Source: Carcharhinus amblyrhynchos (taxonomy: Eukaryota). Taken from it: a stretch of DNA of 64,000 bases. Positions 50,201-62,500 of this stretch are shown here, piece by piece. The position numbers were made by a program, and so were the translations under genes. Where the stretch lies: assembly GCA_965287045.1 (NCBI GenBank), contig OZ336874.1, forward strand, positions 76,942,001-77,006,000. The letters run 5' to 3'. The notes under the pieces were generated by a model. The model searched no databases. It saw only the letters and a list, made by a program, of their open reading frames with translations, and was not told where the DNA came from. Numbering within the stretch: position 1 is the first letter of the stretch; every line of letters begins with the position of its first letter.

Positions 50201-52149
50201 TTTGTTTCAGACAGCGCGATCGATGCTTGAGTTGCCATTTCAACTCACTGAAGCGTTAACATTTCTCGTGCTATAAATTCTTGCTGCGTGCACGCAAGTG
50301 GCGGAATGGGAAGCACACTCAGCCCTGACAGCCTTCAACTCTGAAATTTCAATGAAATCAGCTTTCATTCAACAATATTCCTAACTGTAGCAAAAAAAAA
50401 ATCCCCGGCATATTATTAAATATATCCTCTTGATCTTTATGTGAAGGAGGGGAGGCAATTTACAATTATCTTGTGCGCAAGTGTTGGACTGCACCGTGCA
50501 AGATAAACCAGTGAAAACTGCATGGCAGCTAAGCCAAAATGATTGAGTTTGCCGTTACTTCTAAATGTTCTTCTGTTGATTTATATTACACTAAGTGAGA
50601 AAATCTTCTCATTCCATTATACTTTATAATTTTTACTTTGTATTTTTTGATTTAGCATGTACAAGTTTCATATCAGAGCAAAAATTACCATGTTATAAAA
50701 TTCATATAAAGGCTATCCAATTTTCAAAGGAATTAATATGAAAATCTATGATCATTAAGTGCTAATTCCAAAAGCGAGAGTGATAGGTTGATTTCAAATA
50801 GGTGCAACAAAGACTTGCATTTATACCGCATCTTTCACAAGCTCAAGATTTTCCAAAGCACTTTGCTGCTGATGAAATCTTTTGGAAATGTAATAGCTCT
50901 AAATGCAGGAAACAAATATAATGTTGTAATGTAAGACCATGATAGACAGAATGCTGCTGCCTTTCAGTATCCATTTGCTGAAATCTATCCACAACTGATT
51001 TGTAACATTCAGATGAATTAGAGAATCTTGCTAAAACTGCCCAAAAAATGCAATTCTATATCAAAGATTTTCCCTGTGCAAGTGCATCCTTGAAATCTAG
51101 CATAATAGTATGGGAGAAAAATCTTTGATACAATTCACTGAATGTGATTGTTTAACAAATATCTGAAATATTCAAATAGCTCCAGTATTCAGAAATCCCA
51201 ATGATGGCACTGATTTATTGACTGTAATTAATGACACAATGAGATTTTTAAAGTGCAGTTACAAACCTTGTTTTGAGGATAATGGGAGGATAGCACAGTT
51301 ATCTCAAACAGATAATTGGCTGAGATGAATAGCTTGACTTTGAGTTGAGCTCCAATAAATAAGACTTACTGTACACTAAAATGTATAGTCCCCATTATCA
51401 AGTTCCATATATTATGTAATTAATTTTACAAGCTGTATTTGCAATATAGTTTATTTATCTCAAACACATTTATCCTTGTATCAGCATCTTAATTCATCAA
51501 TACACGTGCATACAAAAATAAGTGACATTGTGGGTACGATCTGTGATGGCAGAGACTGCAGGTATAGTCATAATCCATTTAGTGTAAATACAGCACCATG
51601 TGTTACACTGTACAACTTAGTTAAAGTAAATGAACAGTCTGAAATATAAGTACATTCGTTCAGAGTTGTATTTGGAGATGTTTCAGGTGCTAGTTTTTGT
51701 CAGACAGGTTGGAGTTACCAGCTTATGCGGTTTCTATGCCCGCACTTTGGTGAAATGAAAACTGACACATGCACGAAACATTAAAAGACTGATCACAAAC
51801 ACACAATACTATAGCCTCCAATAAAATAAAGGAAACGTCTAACTTTTCCCTGCAGCGTTCAATGAGTGCCGAGCATGAGGCACCACTGTATAGTTAGGCG
51901 CCTCTCAAAGTGTTTCCCCAAAAAACGGTCATGATACACATGAATAAAATGAAAACAATATATTGTGCAATGTTTACAAGTGCTGAAGTGAGTTTTATAA
52001 AAATGCTCATGCTACCTTTGTGGCGTAATAAATTATTTTCTTTTTCTACTGCTAACCTTAGCGTGAGCCCGACAACAGCTGAGTGTGATGCCCCATTGCC
52101 TGCTGTGATTTTGCTGGACATCGTCAGATATTCGTAAAGCCTTGAGGCC

Positions 52150-53672
52150 TCTGGCTTACTGGGATGTTTGTACGAGTGCAGAGGAAACCTTTTTGGCCTG
52201 GGGACAATGGGGTCATTAGCAGAGGGATGTGAAGAGTTTGCTCACCTGAGAGTCCTCTGAGAGGAACCTCACTGCGTAGGTGGCACCTGCTCCATCATCT
52301 GGTGGGAGGTCCAAGTGCCTTGGCCTCCCCAACCACTGATTGGAGTGTATGTGGGTTAATTGCTCAACTTAGCTCTCCATGGTAGTGGCCAAACTTTGTA
52401 TGGAGGAAGCCATACGTTCATAGACATGAGATGTGACGTAATTCATGGTGTATGTGGAATTCTCCATACTTCGCTAAACCTGTGTGTACCCCTGGCATTT
52501 TCACCATGTATTTTCCTAACCTGTGTTTCAATTTCAGCACTTCTTGTGGCTATGACCAGAAATCAGTCATTAGCAAGGGGCTCAGCAAGTCCCAACAGTC
52601 CTTCAGGTGTCTGGGAGCTCTGCTGTCACAGCCTCACTCAGCTGCTGGGAGTTGTTTGAACTGCGTTTGTCTAAATATGGACCCAATTCTAAATGCAGTC
52701 CCTCTGCTCACCTGGGAGAATATACCTGTGCTAGTGGAGGGTACATCCTCTGGGTCACTGGTATTGTGTCTAGACATAGGGTATTTGTAAGCCTTTATAA
52801 AGTAGAACAAAAAGAAGCACAAAGCTTTGCAACATCTATGAGTACTGCACAATTCCTCATGTAGTTGTGAACATCCTTATAGCAGCAATAAGTTTGGTGC
52901 ATTTGTACTTGTCATTCCACTACAGCTCAGCTGCATTGTTCTCCTGCAATCTGGAGACCACCTTCCTTTAGTAGGGATGAGAGCCTTAATCAAACGTCCC
53001 TCTGCCTGTCTTTGTTCTTTTAGGTTGGGTCGTCTTGTCCTGTAGGAGAAAATGAAGATTTGGTGACTTCTCAAATACCAATGACCTCCTTGTCTGTACC
53101 GGTGCCCATCAAACATACTGGCCTACCAATGTATTAGGATGTATCCAATCATTCACTCAAGCTAAATTATGACATGCTTTGGCCTCAAGTGCCGTGCATG
53201 ATCTTGTCTAGCTGCATATCCACATGTAGCCTTATGCTTACAAGAGATAATTCCATGCCACCGTGACACTGTCCTGCATTGACTAAACAGGTTTTTGACC
53301 TTTTTTGTTTTCTTGCTCTGAAACCAGGATCTTCAGTGGATCCCACTGTTGCTAACTTCTTCTGTGATCTCTGCCCAGGTTGCCTTAGTCAGACAGGAGA
53401 CCCCTGCTGCCATTATTTGGGAAGAGCACCTCTTGTTGTTCCTTGATGCCCTGGAGAGACTGTATTGCCGGGGATGGGGAGGGGCTTTGCTGAATCATGG
53501 GGCTGATCTAGGTTTTGGCTCTGAAATCTTCAAAGTGATGTGGAAGGGGCTTGGATGTGATAGAGGAGCATCCCAGGATCATAAAGAATGTAGAGTGCAG
53601 AAGGGAGAGGTTGATGGGGGATGAAGAGTTGTAAAAGAAAAATGGCTGTGTTCTAGAATTGAAAATTAAGGC
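52150..53672. mobile_element. Highly decayed Harbinger-like element (transposase remnant on -, Myb/SANT-like remnant on +)
   Basis: Minus strand 52450-52960 has faint FSQV-G, DC and ATRS-IE...MVKM motifs. Plus strand 53430-53600 has DALERL...W...ECR. The right end is aaaattaaggcc. Confidence 0.4.
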
Positions 53673-56454
53673 CTCCCTGCTTGTGTTGTCAGCTCATTTC
53701 TGACTTGCTGACCTCTCATCTGACTGTGGAATTCTCTGATGGAAATTCGCCCTGCCACATAATCACCGGCCCTTGGAATTATCATATGAATCACATAGGG
53801 GTTGGCTCCTGACTCTGAACAGAAGTGATGCCCACTTCCAGTTCTGCAGTTTGGAGGGGCATTCCATGGATTAAATGCCACAGAAAATTAAAGAATAATT
53901 CTCTCTAATTCATAACCTTGTTTATAAATGTTATTGATCCAAATGACAAAATATTTTTTGTGCTTAATCCTTTCATGTTAATCTAGGTGTGATGCAGCAT
54001 TCAGAAGGTATGTTAGCTATCCCGGCTCAGACAAACTGGAAGTACCAAGTTGCCTGTTCCTTCAGCAATCATTGTCTCCTTAGTTTTATTTTGAGAAGGT
54101 TAGATAGTTCAGCTGACAGTTTTTTTTAAACTACCTTTTGTTGGAGGAAAATTAGAGGTTTGACAAGAGTCATGTTGAGAAATCTGTTGAAATAACTCAT
54201 TGTTATGCATCAATAACTGCAGTCACATTGGCAATGTGAGACTTTGCTGAACAAAGTAAAACAAATCTGTTAAAGAAATTGAACAAACCAAGGGCAAAAA
54301 TATTTATTTTTGTAGAGTCCACTGTTCAAAATCGAGCTTTTTTTAAACACCAATTTGATTTTGGAGCAAGATGTGAATTCTAAAAAATAAATGACCAAAA
54401 AGAGCCTATTATTTTTAAATGACACTATGTAAGCTCAACAGTGAAGCAAACAAGAGTTTTTTTAACGGCAATTGTCAAATGCTGACAGGTGCCATTGTAA
54501 TTTGCCACAGAGGGGACTGATTTGAAACAGAGATTGATATTGGCAGGGAATTGAAAATACTGAGAGACAGTAAACAGCAATGATCTTAATAAGAGCTTTT
54601 GATTACAAATTGATTTGAAACAGGCTGCACTTCACCAGGTAGGTTTCTCAATCTCAAATCCTGACTGGAAAAAGTGTCGCTTCTTTTAAAGAGGTTATAA
54701 CCCACAGCCCATGGGCTGTGTTAAATCTGGAAATTCAAACTGGCTGTGATTTTAACCGTGGCAGAATTTCACAAAGAGCTGCATTTTGTGATTCTTGTAA
54801 GAGAAGTGGCCACCTGCTTACCAAAAATATACTTTTTTTTTGTTTGCGTAGCATATTTGAATGCAGTGCTGGAACACAATAGTTTTCTTCATAATCTGCT
54901 GTATCATTTAAATTTGGGCTGTTGCCCATTTCAGAATGAGGGACTACACCCAATCGACTCTCCAAATGCAATCTGTATTTTCCTGCAGGGTCCCGTATCT
55001 GTCATTTCTTCTCCTTCATGCTTGTACGATTATACAAAAGGTATTTGGAAGAGAAAAATGTTTAGAAGAAGCCAAGTAGACAAAGTTTTCCTGGATGTGA
55101 CGGTGATGAAAGTAGCACCATTAAATTCAGTCACATGGAAGTGTGCTGAATTCTGATTTGTGACAGTCATAGTGACCAAATGTGATGCCAATATTTTCAG
55201 TCTGTAAATATTTTCAAAATCTTCAGAGACCCAAAATTCCTGTCCTGTAACCTCAAGATATGCATTTTCTAAGACCGATGCAAAATACATCATTTTGATA
55301 CAATTAGCCTTACAAAGCAGCTGTTTCTGTCTTTTGGACAGAGAGCTGTAAATGATGACAGTTACACCAAAGTAACATGGGCTGATCTAAAGCAGATATT
55401 TTATATACTTCCTATAATGGAGGCAGAAAAAAGGATAGATGGTTTATGTGCTGCAACTGTGATTGGATGTGAAATATTCTATTAATAGCCTGAGACATTC
55501 TGTGAACAACCAAGCAGCCTATTGATGGTATGAGGAAAAATTGATTAAACATCGCTTGAGAGGAAAAGAACCTGGAATTACTACCAAGTGCATCCTATTC
55601 ACCTGACTTGGCCTAAGGCAAAGTAATATATCCCGTATCGCATTTTTTAAAAATGAGGCAATTCTTGAACACAGCTTCCTTTTATTTTTATTCCTCTCTT
55701 CCCCTTAAAAAAAAATTCTGAACAGTGTCACCTTTCTTCGCCTTGTAGTCCTTCAATAGCCTGAGGGTTAACGGATATATTCCAGTGCTCACTAGCAATG
55801 CAGCGCCTAACTTGGAGCTCCATGCTGTGTGGACGCTGAGTTTTCACTGAGTTATCAAGCCCTGTTTGATTCACTGTTTTAGTCATGCCATTAATGTTAA
55901 GAACATAGAGGACAGATCAAAGAGCTCTCTCTACTGCTAAAGAGTTCAAGACATTTGATCTGAATAAGGAACCCTTCAAGAGGCTAGGATAACCATTAGC
56001 ACAAGCCCTTTTAAAATGATCCATGTCTAAATCTGAAAGATGATTTTAAAAAAATCTGGTAATATCTTTTTAATAAAGCTGCTCTACTCCACACACAGCA
56101 AATGCAAGGGATGCACTTTATGACCAAACTTGTGTATTGGATACATTTGCTTTTAAAACCTGCCAATTTCAGGTGGCTTCAGCCCTTCGCGGGTTAGTTT
56201 CAGGCTCATTGATTCGAAATTATTATTAGAAGAGACGAAGGTTGAGTGTGATCGTGAAATGCATTGTGCTTGAAAAGACTCAACCTCATTGAAGAATTAA
56301 TTTCAGAAAACCTCCCACCTTCATTCTAAAAGTCATACATATCTTCATTCAGAGAGCTACTGGATTTGGTTCCTGATTTTTCTCATGTTATGGTGTGTGT
56401 TCTTTTGGGACATCCACTCTAGCACATACCTCATTACAATATAAAAAACACTTG

Positions 56455-56642
56455 GGGGTTTAATTTCCTCCTGTGTGCTATTTTTGGCCTTTGCATTAAA
56501 CTTCTGTATGCACTATTTAATATTGTTATTAACCCATTTTATTTTAAATGGGTTAACAACTATATTAAAAAAAGCCACTGAATGGAATTTAATGCATGTA
56601 TTATTCAGCGTGTGAAAACCACAGGCAGAGAATTATATTCCA
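56455..56642. repeat. Degenerate fold-back (palindromic) element
   Basis: Nested inverted pairs: cctgtg/cacagg, tgcattaaa/tttaatgca and ttaacccattt/aaatgggttaa around a centre near 56542. Confidence 0.65.
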
Positions 56643-57960
56643 TGTGTGTTGAAATTGTATTATACAGTATTAACTCATTCATATAAAATTTATTTTCCTG
56701 TTAATTTAATGAAATGTTAATTCGTTTATTGCAATGCAATAGTTAATTTAGTGGTCGGAGGGAATTCCAATCAATTTGATCACATAGAACCTAGTGCAAT
56801 TTCAGCTCGCTGGTTCCAAAGAGAGATTTTACATCAAGGGTGTGGTGTACTTTTGATGGCATCAGTGACATATCCTCAGCCACTCTGTGCCAGAAGTGTA
56901 ATATAAAATGAATGAATGAGTGTGCAATGGTGCTGAAACTTGCAGTGAAGTGAGACCAGCTGCAAGAGTTGATTTTGCATTGATAACCTTACACTTCAGC
57001 AGTGGAATAAATGCATATAGTGTGAAGTTAGTCACTAAATCAAATTTTGAGCGTTAAAGAATGCAGACTTGTTAGCCCATGTGCTCACCCTTGCCATATC
57101 AATATTTGGGAAAATATTGGCTATCCTGATGAGCTTTTCTCAGATATTAGAGAAAACCTTACCAGCAGGACAGAGGATGGTGAGCAATGACATTTGACTA
57201 TTTCAGTAGATAGTCACACAATACTGTATTCCCCTATTCATACTGCTGTCTGATCAAATTGCTATTTAAATCCACCCAATATTAAAAAGGGTATTAAATA
57301 AAAAGGGGTGGGGGTTGTGGGAAAATTGACATTTGGAATAGAACTCCTAAAAAATCAGTCTAAGTTCCGTGTAATAAAAAGAGTTGGATTTAATAGTCAA
57401 AAGTCAGTGAGTGAGAGGAAATCTTCACACATCCCAGGAGAATTATGAAATATCCATCTATGACTTCTGTTACTGATACTTCAGGGTTAGGGAGAGGAAA
57501 CCTCCCCCCCTCCACCCCCTCCCCCCCCACCACTCCCTGGAATAACTAGGTGCCCCACATCTCCATTTATAACAGAGCTGATGTTTTCTTACCTTTCTGT
57601 CGAATTCTTTGGAGACCAAGGCCACAATCAGCCTGGGACACTTACAATGCTGAATTGATATCTTGACAAACAAATTCAACAGGGGGAATTAAAGGAACCT
57701 TCATTCTTAATTCTAAATCCTAGAAGGTTCCTTGATGAGAAGGTGCTACGCAATCCACAATGTGTAAACTAGGTTGTTCAAAATGCCTTAAATCAGCCAG
57801 TTCAGATTCTATTAATATTTGGACAGCCAAGCACTGCATCAATAGTCACACATGACACTGTCAGCAAATTAACTCTTGCCAGTAATCAAAGTCATCAAAC
57901 AAAGTCATGCAATAACATTTTTCATTCATCAAATCAGTTAGCAGTGTTTAAACTTGAACA

Positions 57961-58105
57961 TTGATTTTGATTTTTGATTTATTATTGTCACATATATAGG
58001 TATACAATGAAAAGTATCATTTCTTGCGTGCTACACAGGCAAAGTACACCTTTCGTAGAGTTCGTTGGGAAGAAGGAAAGGAAATGGTGTAGAATAAAGT
58101 GTTAA
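57961..58105 (-). mobile_element. LINE 3' end (Rex1/Babar-like)
   Basis: ttgatttttgatttattattgtcaca...tacaatgaaaagtat. The minus strand ends gtgacaataataaatcaaa(aatcaa)n. Confidence 0.55.
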
Positions 58106-59129
58106 TTGAGTATGCAAATAATAGATTAAACAGTTGAATTGGAATTTCACTGTTTCTGGATGATGCATCATAATTAAATTACCAACTGAAGTACTAATGA
58201 CAACAATTCTTGATGTCTATTAATCATGATAGATTTCACCTATGTTGCTGATCATAAACCAAGTGACAGGATGTCTGAATCAGTGCCTCCCTTTGGTTGG
58301 CGAACCTGCAGATACACTGAAACCGAACATCCCTAAGATTATCAATACTATCAATATCATATCAATGGTTTTGGAAAAGCGTGAAGCTTCTTGGTAGTGC
58401 CCCACCAGCATGCTTTTGTTCTACTGCACAGCAGCAGTTTGGTGCATTTTGAGTAGATCATGGGGTGAGGTTTTGTCCGGCTTGCGTTAAGCTGGAATTG
58501 GCTGCAAAATGAGCTGACTGGTGATATCTGTCCCTCATTTCAGTGCTTTCTCCCTTTGAAAAGGCACACGGCCTTGGCAGATATTAAAGAAGAGAAAGCG
58601 CCACAGACCTGTTTCCTGCAATTGCCCTTGTTGGGTTTATGGGCACTTGTTTTTATGGGGTCGCACGAATGAATTTGAATGAATCCCACTTGAATCTGAA
58701 AGATAACACATTATTTTGAAACAAAAATAGCTGTTTTTTTTCTGTCAAAAACTCAGGAGAAGAATAAATCCTTTTGCTTGTGCAATTTATTGCAGCAGTA
58801 TGTTTTTATGATGTCATAACAATGACAATTTATAAGGTGATCATACCAGGGGAGAAGGGATAATATACAAAAAAGCAGTTATAACCTGTCAGTTAATTCA
58901 AAAAGTGCAGAGATTTTCACTGACTTGTGTCAAGCTGCCCCCCTCAAGGAGAATTGTGAAAAAAATGGTATGTAAAGGGAGCAGTCTTTCCTGAGTGATA
59001 TGCAGAGATTCTGGAGCAACGCTGTTCAATGCAAAAGGTGGAATGTGTTTGTCAGCATAGCACTGGCACACCTTGCCTGAAAGTTAGTTGGGGAGAAAGG
59101 CAACAGTCCAGAAGTGACTGAAGGCTCTT

Positions 59130-59980
59130 CTCTAATACAAATATTCACATTGTAGTGATGTAAGGAATGAGTTAATTCTGGTGACAGAGTAATTAGGGCA
59201 GCTTTCAGCCAACTGCTCCCAGTTGCAGATGAGATTTACATCATAATGGTAAATTCTATCATCATAATCCCAACTAACTTTAGAAAACGATAAATGAAGT
59301 ATTAAGAAAACAAAATTGGATATAGAATGTGATTTTCCAGTCCCCTTCGCCACAGATGCAAATTGGTTATCCCTTCCAGGAAGTCCATAATGGGATTTGC
59401 GCCAGGTAGTTGAAACTATCTCATGCTGAGAACCTTTTCCCCACTGCTTCCTTCCTCTTCCAGCAGCTTGACCAGTTCCCAATCGCCTCAGCTCATTCTT
59501 CCAATTGTGTTGTATTCGAAAGGGATGCCGCCTTGTGCACCCATTAACTGGTTTTGTGCTAAAGCCTTGAAGTCAGTGAAAAATCCTTCAAGCACTCCCT
59601 TAGATTTTAGCATCCATAAGAGTGCACCAAACACATGTAGAATTGTTGCAACAATTAGTAGAAACTCGTCAACAACTAGCTTGTATGTTGTTGATGATAC
59701 CATTTAATAGCCAGATGGTCCTTGCTGCTTGGAAATGTGGGTTCAGAGGCTGTTAGTTGAAACATTGAGTTCGAAGGTGGCAGCATGGGTGCCAAATCAG
59801 TGCCACATATCTCATCACTATGTAGTTTGTCATGATTTGTGGCAACAGCATGCTGTGGAGCTCAATGACTACTCCAGTGCCCAACAAATGGATGCATTGC
59901 ATCCAAATTTTGAACTCGTATTTTTGGCGATTTGGTCTCTATCACTTCAATTAAATTGTCATTGTTTTATGAATTGATTT
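59130..59980 (-). mobile_element. Old non-LTR RT remnant (possibly L1/Tx1-like)
   Basis: Minus-strand ORFs contain KSKGVLEGFFTDFK (cf. KSPGPDGFTAEFYK), HYGLPGR (cf. QxGFxPGR) and FSKVSWDY (cf. AFDRVxWxY). Confidence 0.45.
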
Positions 59981-60290
59981 GTGCCTGTTGGACCACAGAT
60001 GATCCACTGCCTGGTCTGGCCAGATATCCAACTGTACAGGAACGCTGGATAATTTCCCTTTCCCTAACTCAGCCTGAGAGGTTTACCTGTGAACCCCTAC
60101 TACCACCCTGACTGAGAGCCAACTCACCATGATTAAAGTTCAGTTACACTACTGCTTTAGCATTTCAGACTCTTTGAATTATATATTTAACCATTAATTT
60201 TTATGATGTTGAGACTGAAGTGGTCATAGTATTGGAAGTGACGAGTTATGCCCAGAGGTTTGCATTTGATCAAGTAATGCACTGTGCAGA

Positions 60291-60592
60291 TTAGAATCAT
60301 AGCATCCTTGCACAGCAGGAGGAGGTCATTTGGCCCATCGAGTCAGTGTTGACAACAACCACACCCAGGCCCATTCCTGTAACCCCATGTATTTATCCTA
60401 GCTAGTCCTCCTGACAACTAAGGGGCAATTTAGCATGGCCAGTTCACCTAACCAACACATTTTTAGACTGTGGGAGGAAACCGGAGCACCCAGAGGAAAC
60501 CCACGCAGACACAGGGAAAGCGTGCAAATTCCACACAGTCACCCAAACTGGGCCCCTGACACCGAGAGCAGTGCTAACCGCTGTGCTGCCCC
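60291..60592 (-). mobile_element. HE1-type V-SINE
   Basis: V-domain gactgtgggaggaaaccggagcacccagaggaaacccacgcagacac, with tail at the 60291 side. Confidence 0.9.
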
Positions 60593-61176
60593 AGTAACGT
60601 TTTAAAATTATAATGGATGCTCAAATTTAATGGGGGAAAAAAAAGTCATTTTTTTTTTATGATCACCACAATTTGAAAAAAGTTCGCGAAAAGTGTCCGT
60701 ATTATGGAGAAAGTGGGTTGGGGGCTATACTTGCCCATCCCTGGCTATACCTCAAATTCCCAATCAGCCAAGCATTGGGCTTGTAGTGCTCTATAACTTA
60801 AAGGGCCAGCCATCAACTCTAAATTAGTTATTCCAGGATAAAAAATAATGCAGCTGGCAGCAGGCATCTTGTTTGGAATGAACAATTGCAGAAATTCAAA
60901 CTATGAACAACATTGCCATCTCTTTGTAAAACAATCTTGATTCAGTGAGGGCGGAGGAAATGGAGGATCTACCCACTCGTTGAGCCCTTTCATGCTTTGT
61001 TATCCTGCCGTAAAATTTCAGATCTCTAATGCATGGTAATGAGATTGACTGCAGTTCTGCCGAACTCAGCTGGAATCCTTGTTTATGAGCAGTCTTAAAA
61101 TTACTTGATGGCCTTTGAAAAAACAATAGGCGGAATCCTCTTTTCTGGAATCTGTCTGATGGCAGGCAGAAAAATT

Positions 61177-61316
61177 ATGATGTGGATATGCCGGCGTTGG
61201 ACTGGGGTAAACACAGTAAAAAGTCTGACAACACCAGGTTTAAGTCCAACCGATTTATTTGATAGTAAACTCAAGCTTTCGGGGTTTGTCCCTTCGTCAG
61301 GTGAGTGGAGAGTTCT
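61177..61316 (-). mobile_element. Penelope-like terminal mini-insert with hammerhead motif; 12-bp TSD (1 mismatch)
   Basis: Flanked by ggcagaaaaatt (61165-61176) and ggcagaaaagtt (61317-61328). The minus strand reads ACTCAC-CTGACGA-AGGGACAAACCCC-GAAA-GC-TT-GAGT. Homologous to 10893-10977. Confidence 0.75.
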
Positions 61317-61559
61317 GGCAGAAAAGTTGGCATGGTTCCTGCTGCTTGGCAGGATGGCTGAACACGTTTGATCTTCTGCTGTTCAACTTACCAATTATGC
61401 ATCTGTAAGGAGCTTGGTAAGCCACATGGTGAGGTAGGCAGGAAGTGGCAAACCTTGCCATTACCTTATAGGGTTGAAGGTCATGGTGCCATATTTAAAG
61501 GGAGCTCAGACAGCCATTCATTCAGTGCAGGCCAAGAGCTCCATGTTATTCCTTCTGAG

Positions 61560-62500
61560 TCCTTGTGACTGAAGCTTGTAATGGGGAAGCTGGAGATGTC
61601 AGCAACCACATCCTAAGTTATATGCCGACGCCGATGCCGCCACCATTTTCTTCTTTCCTTTCTGGATAAGAGCATTGCCTGCTATATATCAATGGTCGGG
61701 GTCAATGGTTGACATTGCACTGGATCCCATTTGCCAACATCTTGACCATCTTGGTACCCCACGGAGACATCTGCCTCCCTTCTCCATTCATCCCTGCCTC
61801 TGACAGCAGCAATGGGTATTGGCACAAAATTGGGTTTTTGATTTTTTGACAGATTTCTCCCAAGCTCTCGATGGCGGGCCCAGTGGGAGAATATGGCGGG
61901 AGGGCCAGAAATCGGTTTGCCGCTGCTGCGAATTTGCAGCAGAATCTTCTGTTGATGCACACTATGTCAAATTGAAAAACCCACCAAGAAGCTGCCTTTA
62001 ACCTCATTTGCATCCCATTAATGGTGTGCAGATGAAAGCCTCAGATTGTTCCTGACGATTAGTCATCTTTTTCAGCTGATCCATCTTCATCTTTCTTCAA
62101 TAGTGTGGGTCAGTAATGTTGGGCGCCTTTTCAATATGTAGTTATGCAGACTACACGCCATTCGGAGCTTCCTGCCACTGAATATAGCTTAAACACCTGG
62201 GTGCATAATTAACCAGGCTGGGGTTGGAAGATTTGCTGTGTTTTCTTGCTGGCTGCCATAACGCGAAACACTCCACATTCCTGCTCCTGCCATGGCACCA
62301 AGCCTCAAATTAGGAGAATTCCACCCCTTGTATCGGGTACAAACCTGCTGCCGTATGGGTTTCACGTAGATAGGAGAACACAACTGAGCATTGTCGATAT
62401 TCAGTTGCCTCAATTCTTTGGGCATCTCTTTAGTTGGCCACGTGTGCTGTCCTGAACTCCCTCCCATCCAAAAAGTCTCACTCCGCTTCAAGGGATTTCA
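61560..62500 (-). mobile_element. RTE LINE AP-endonuclease remnant, interrupted by MITE fragments (~61765-61950, ~62190-62326)
   Basis: Collinear minus-strand motifs KELRQLNIDNAQL (cf. ELxRxNIDIAAL), YIQWQ...NGV, IEER, DANEVKGSF, DVGK and GNALIQK. Confidence 0.6.
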
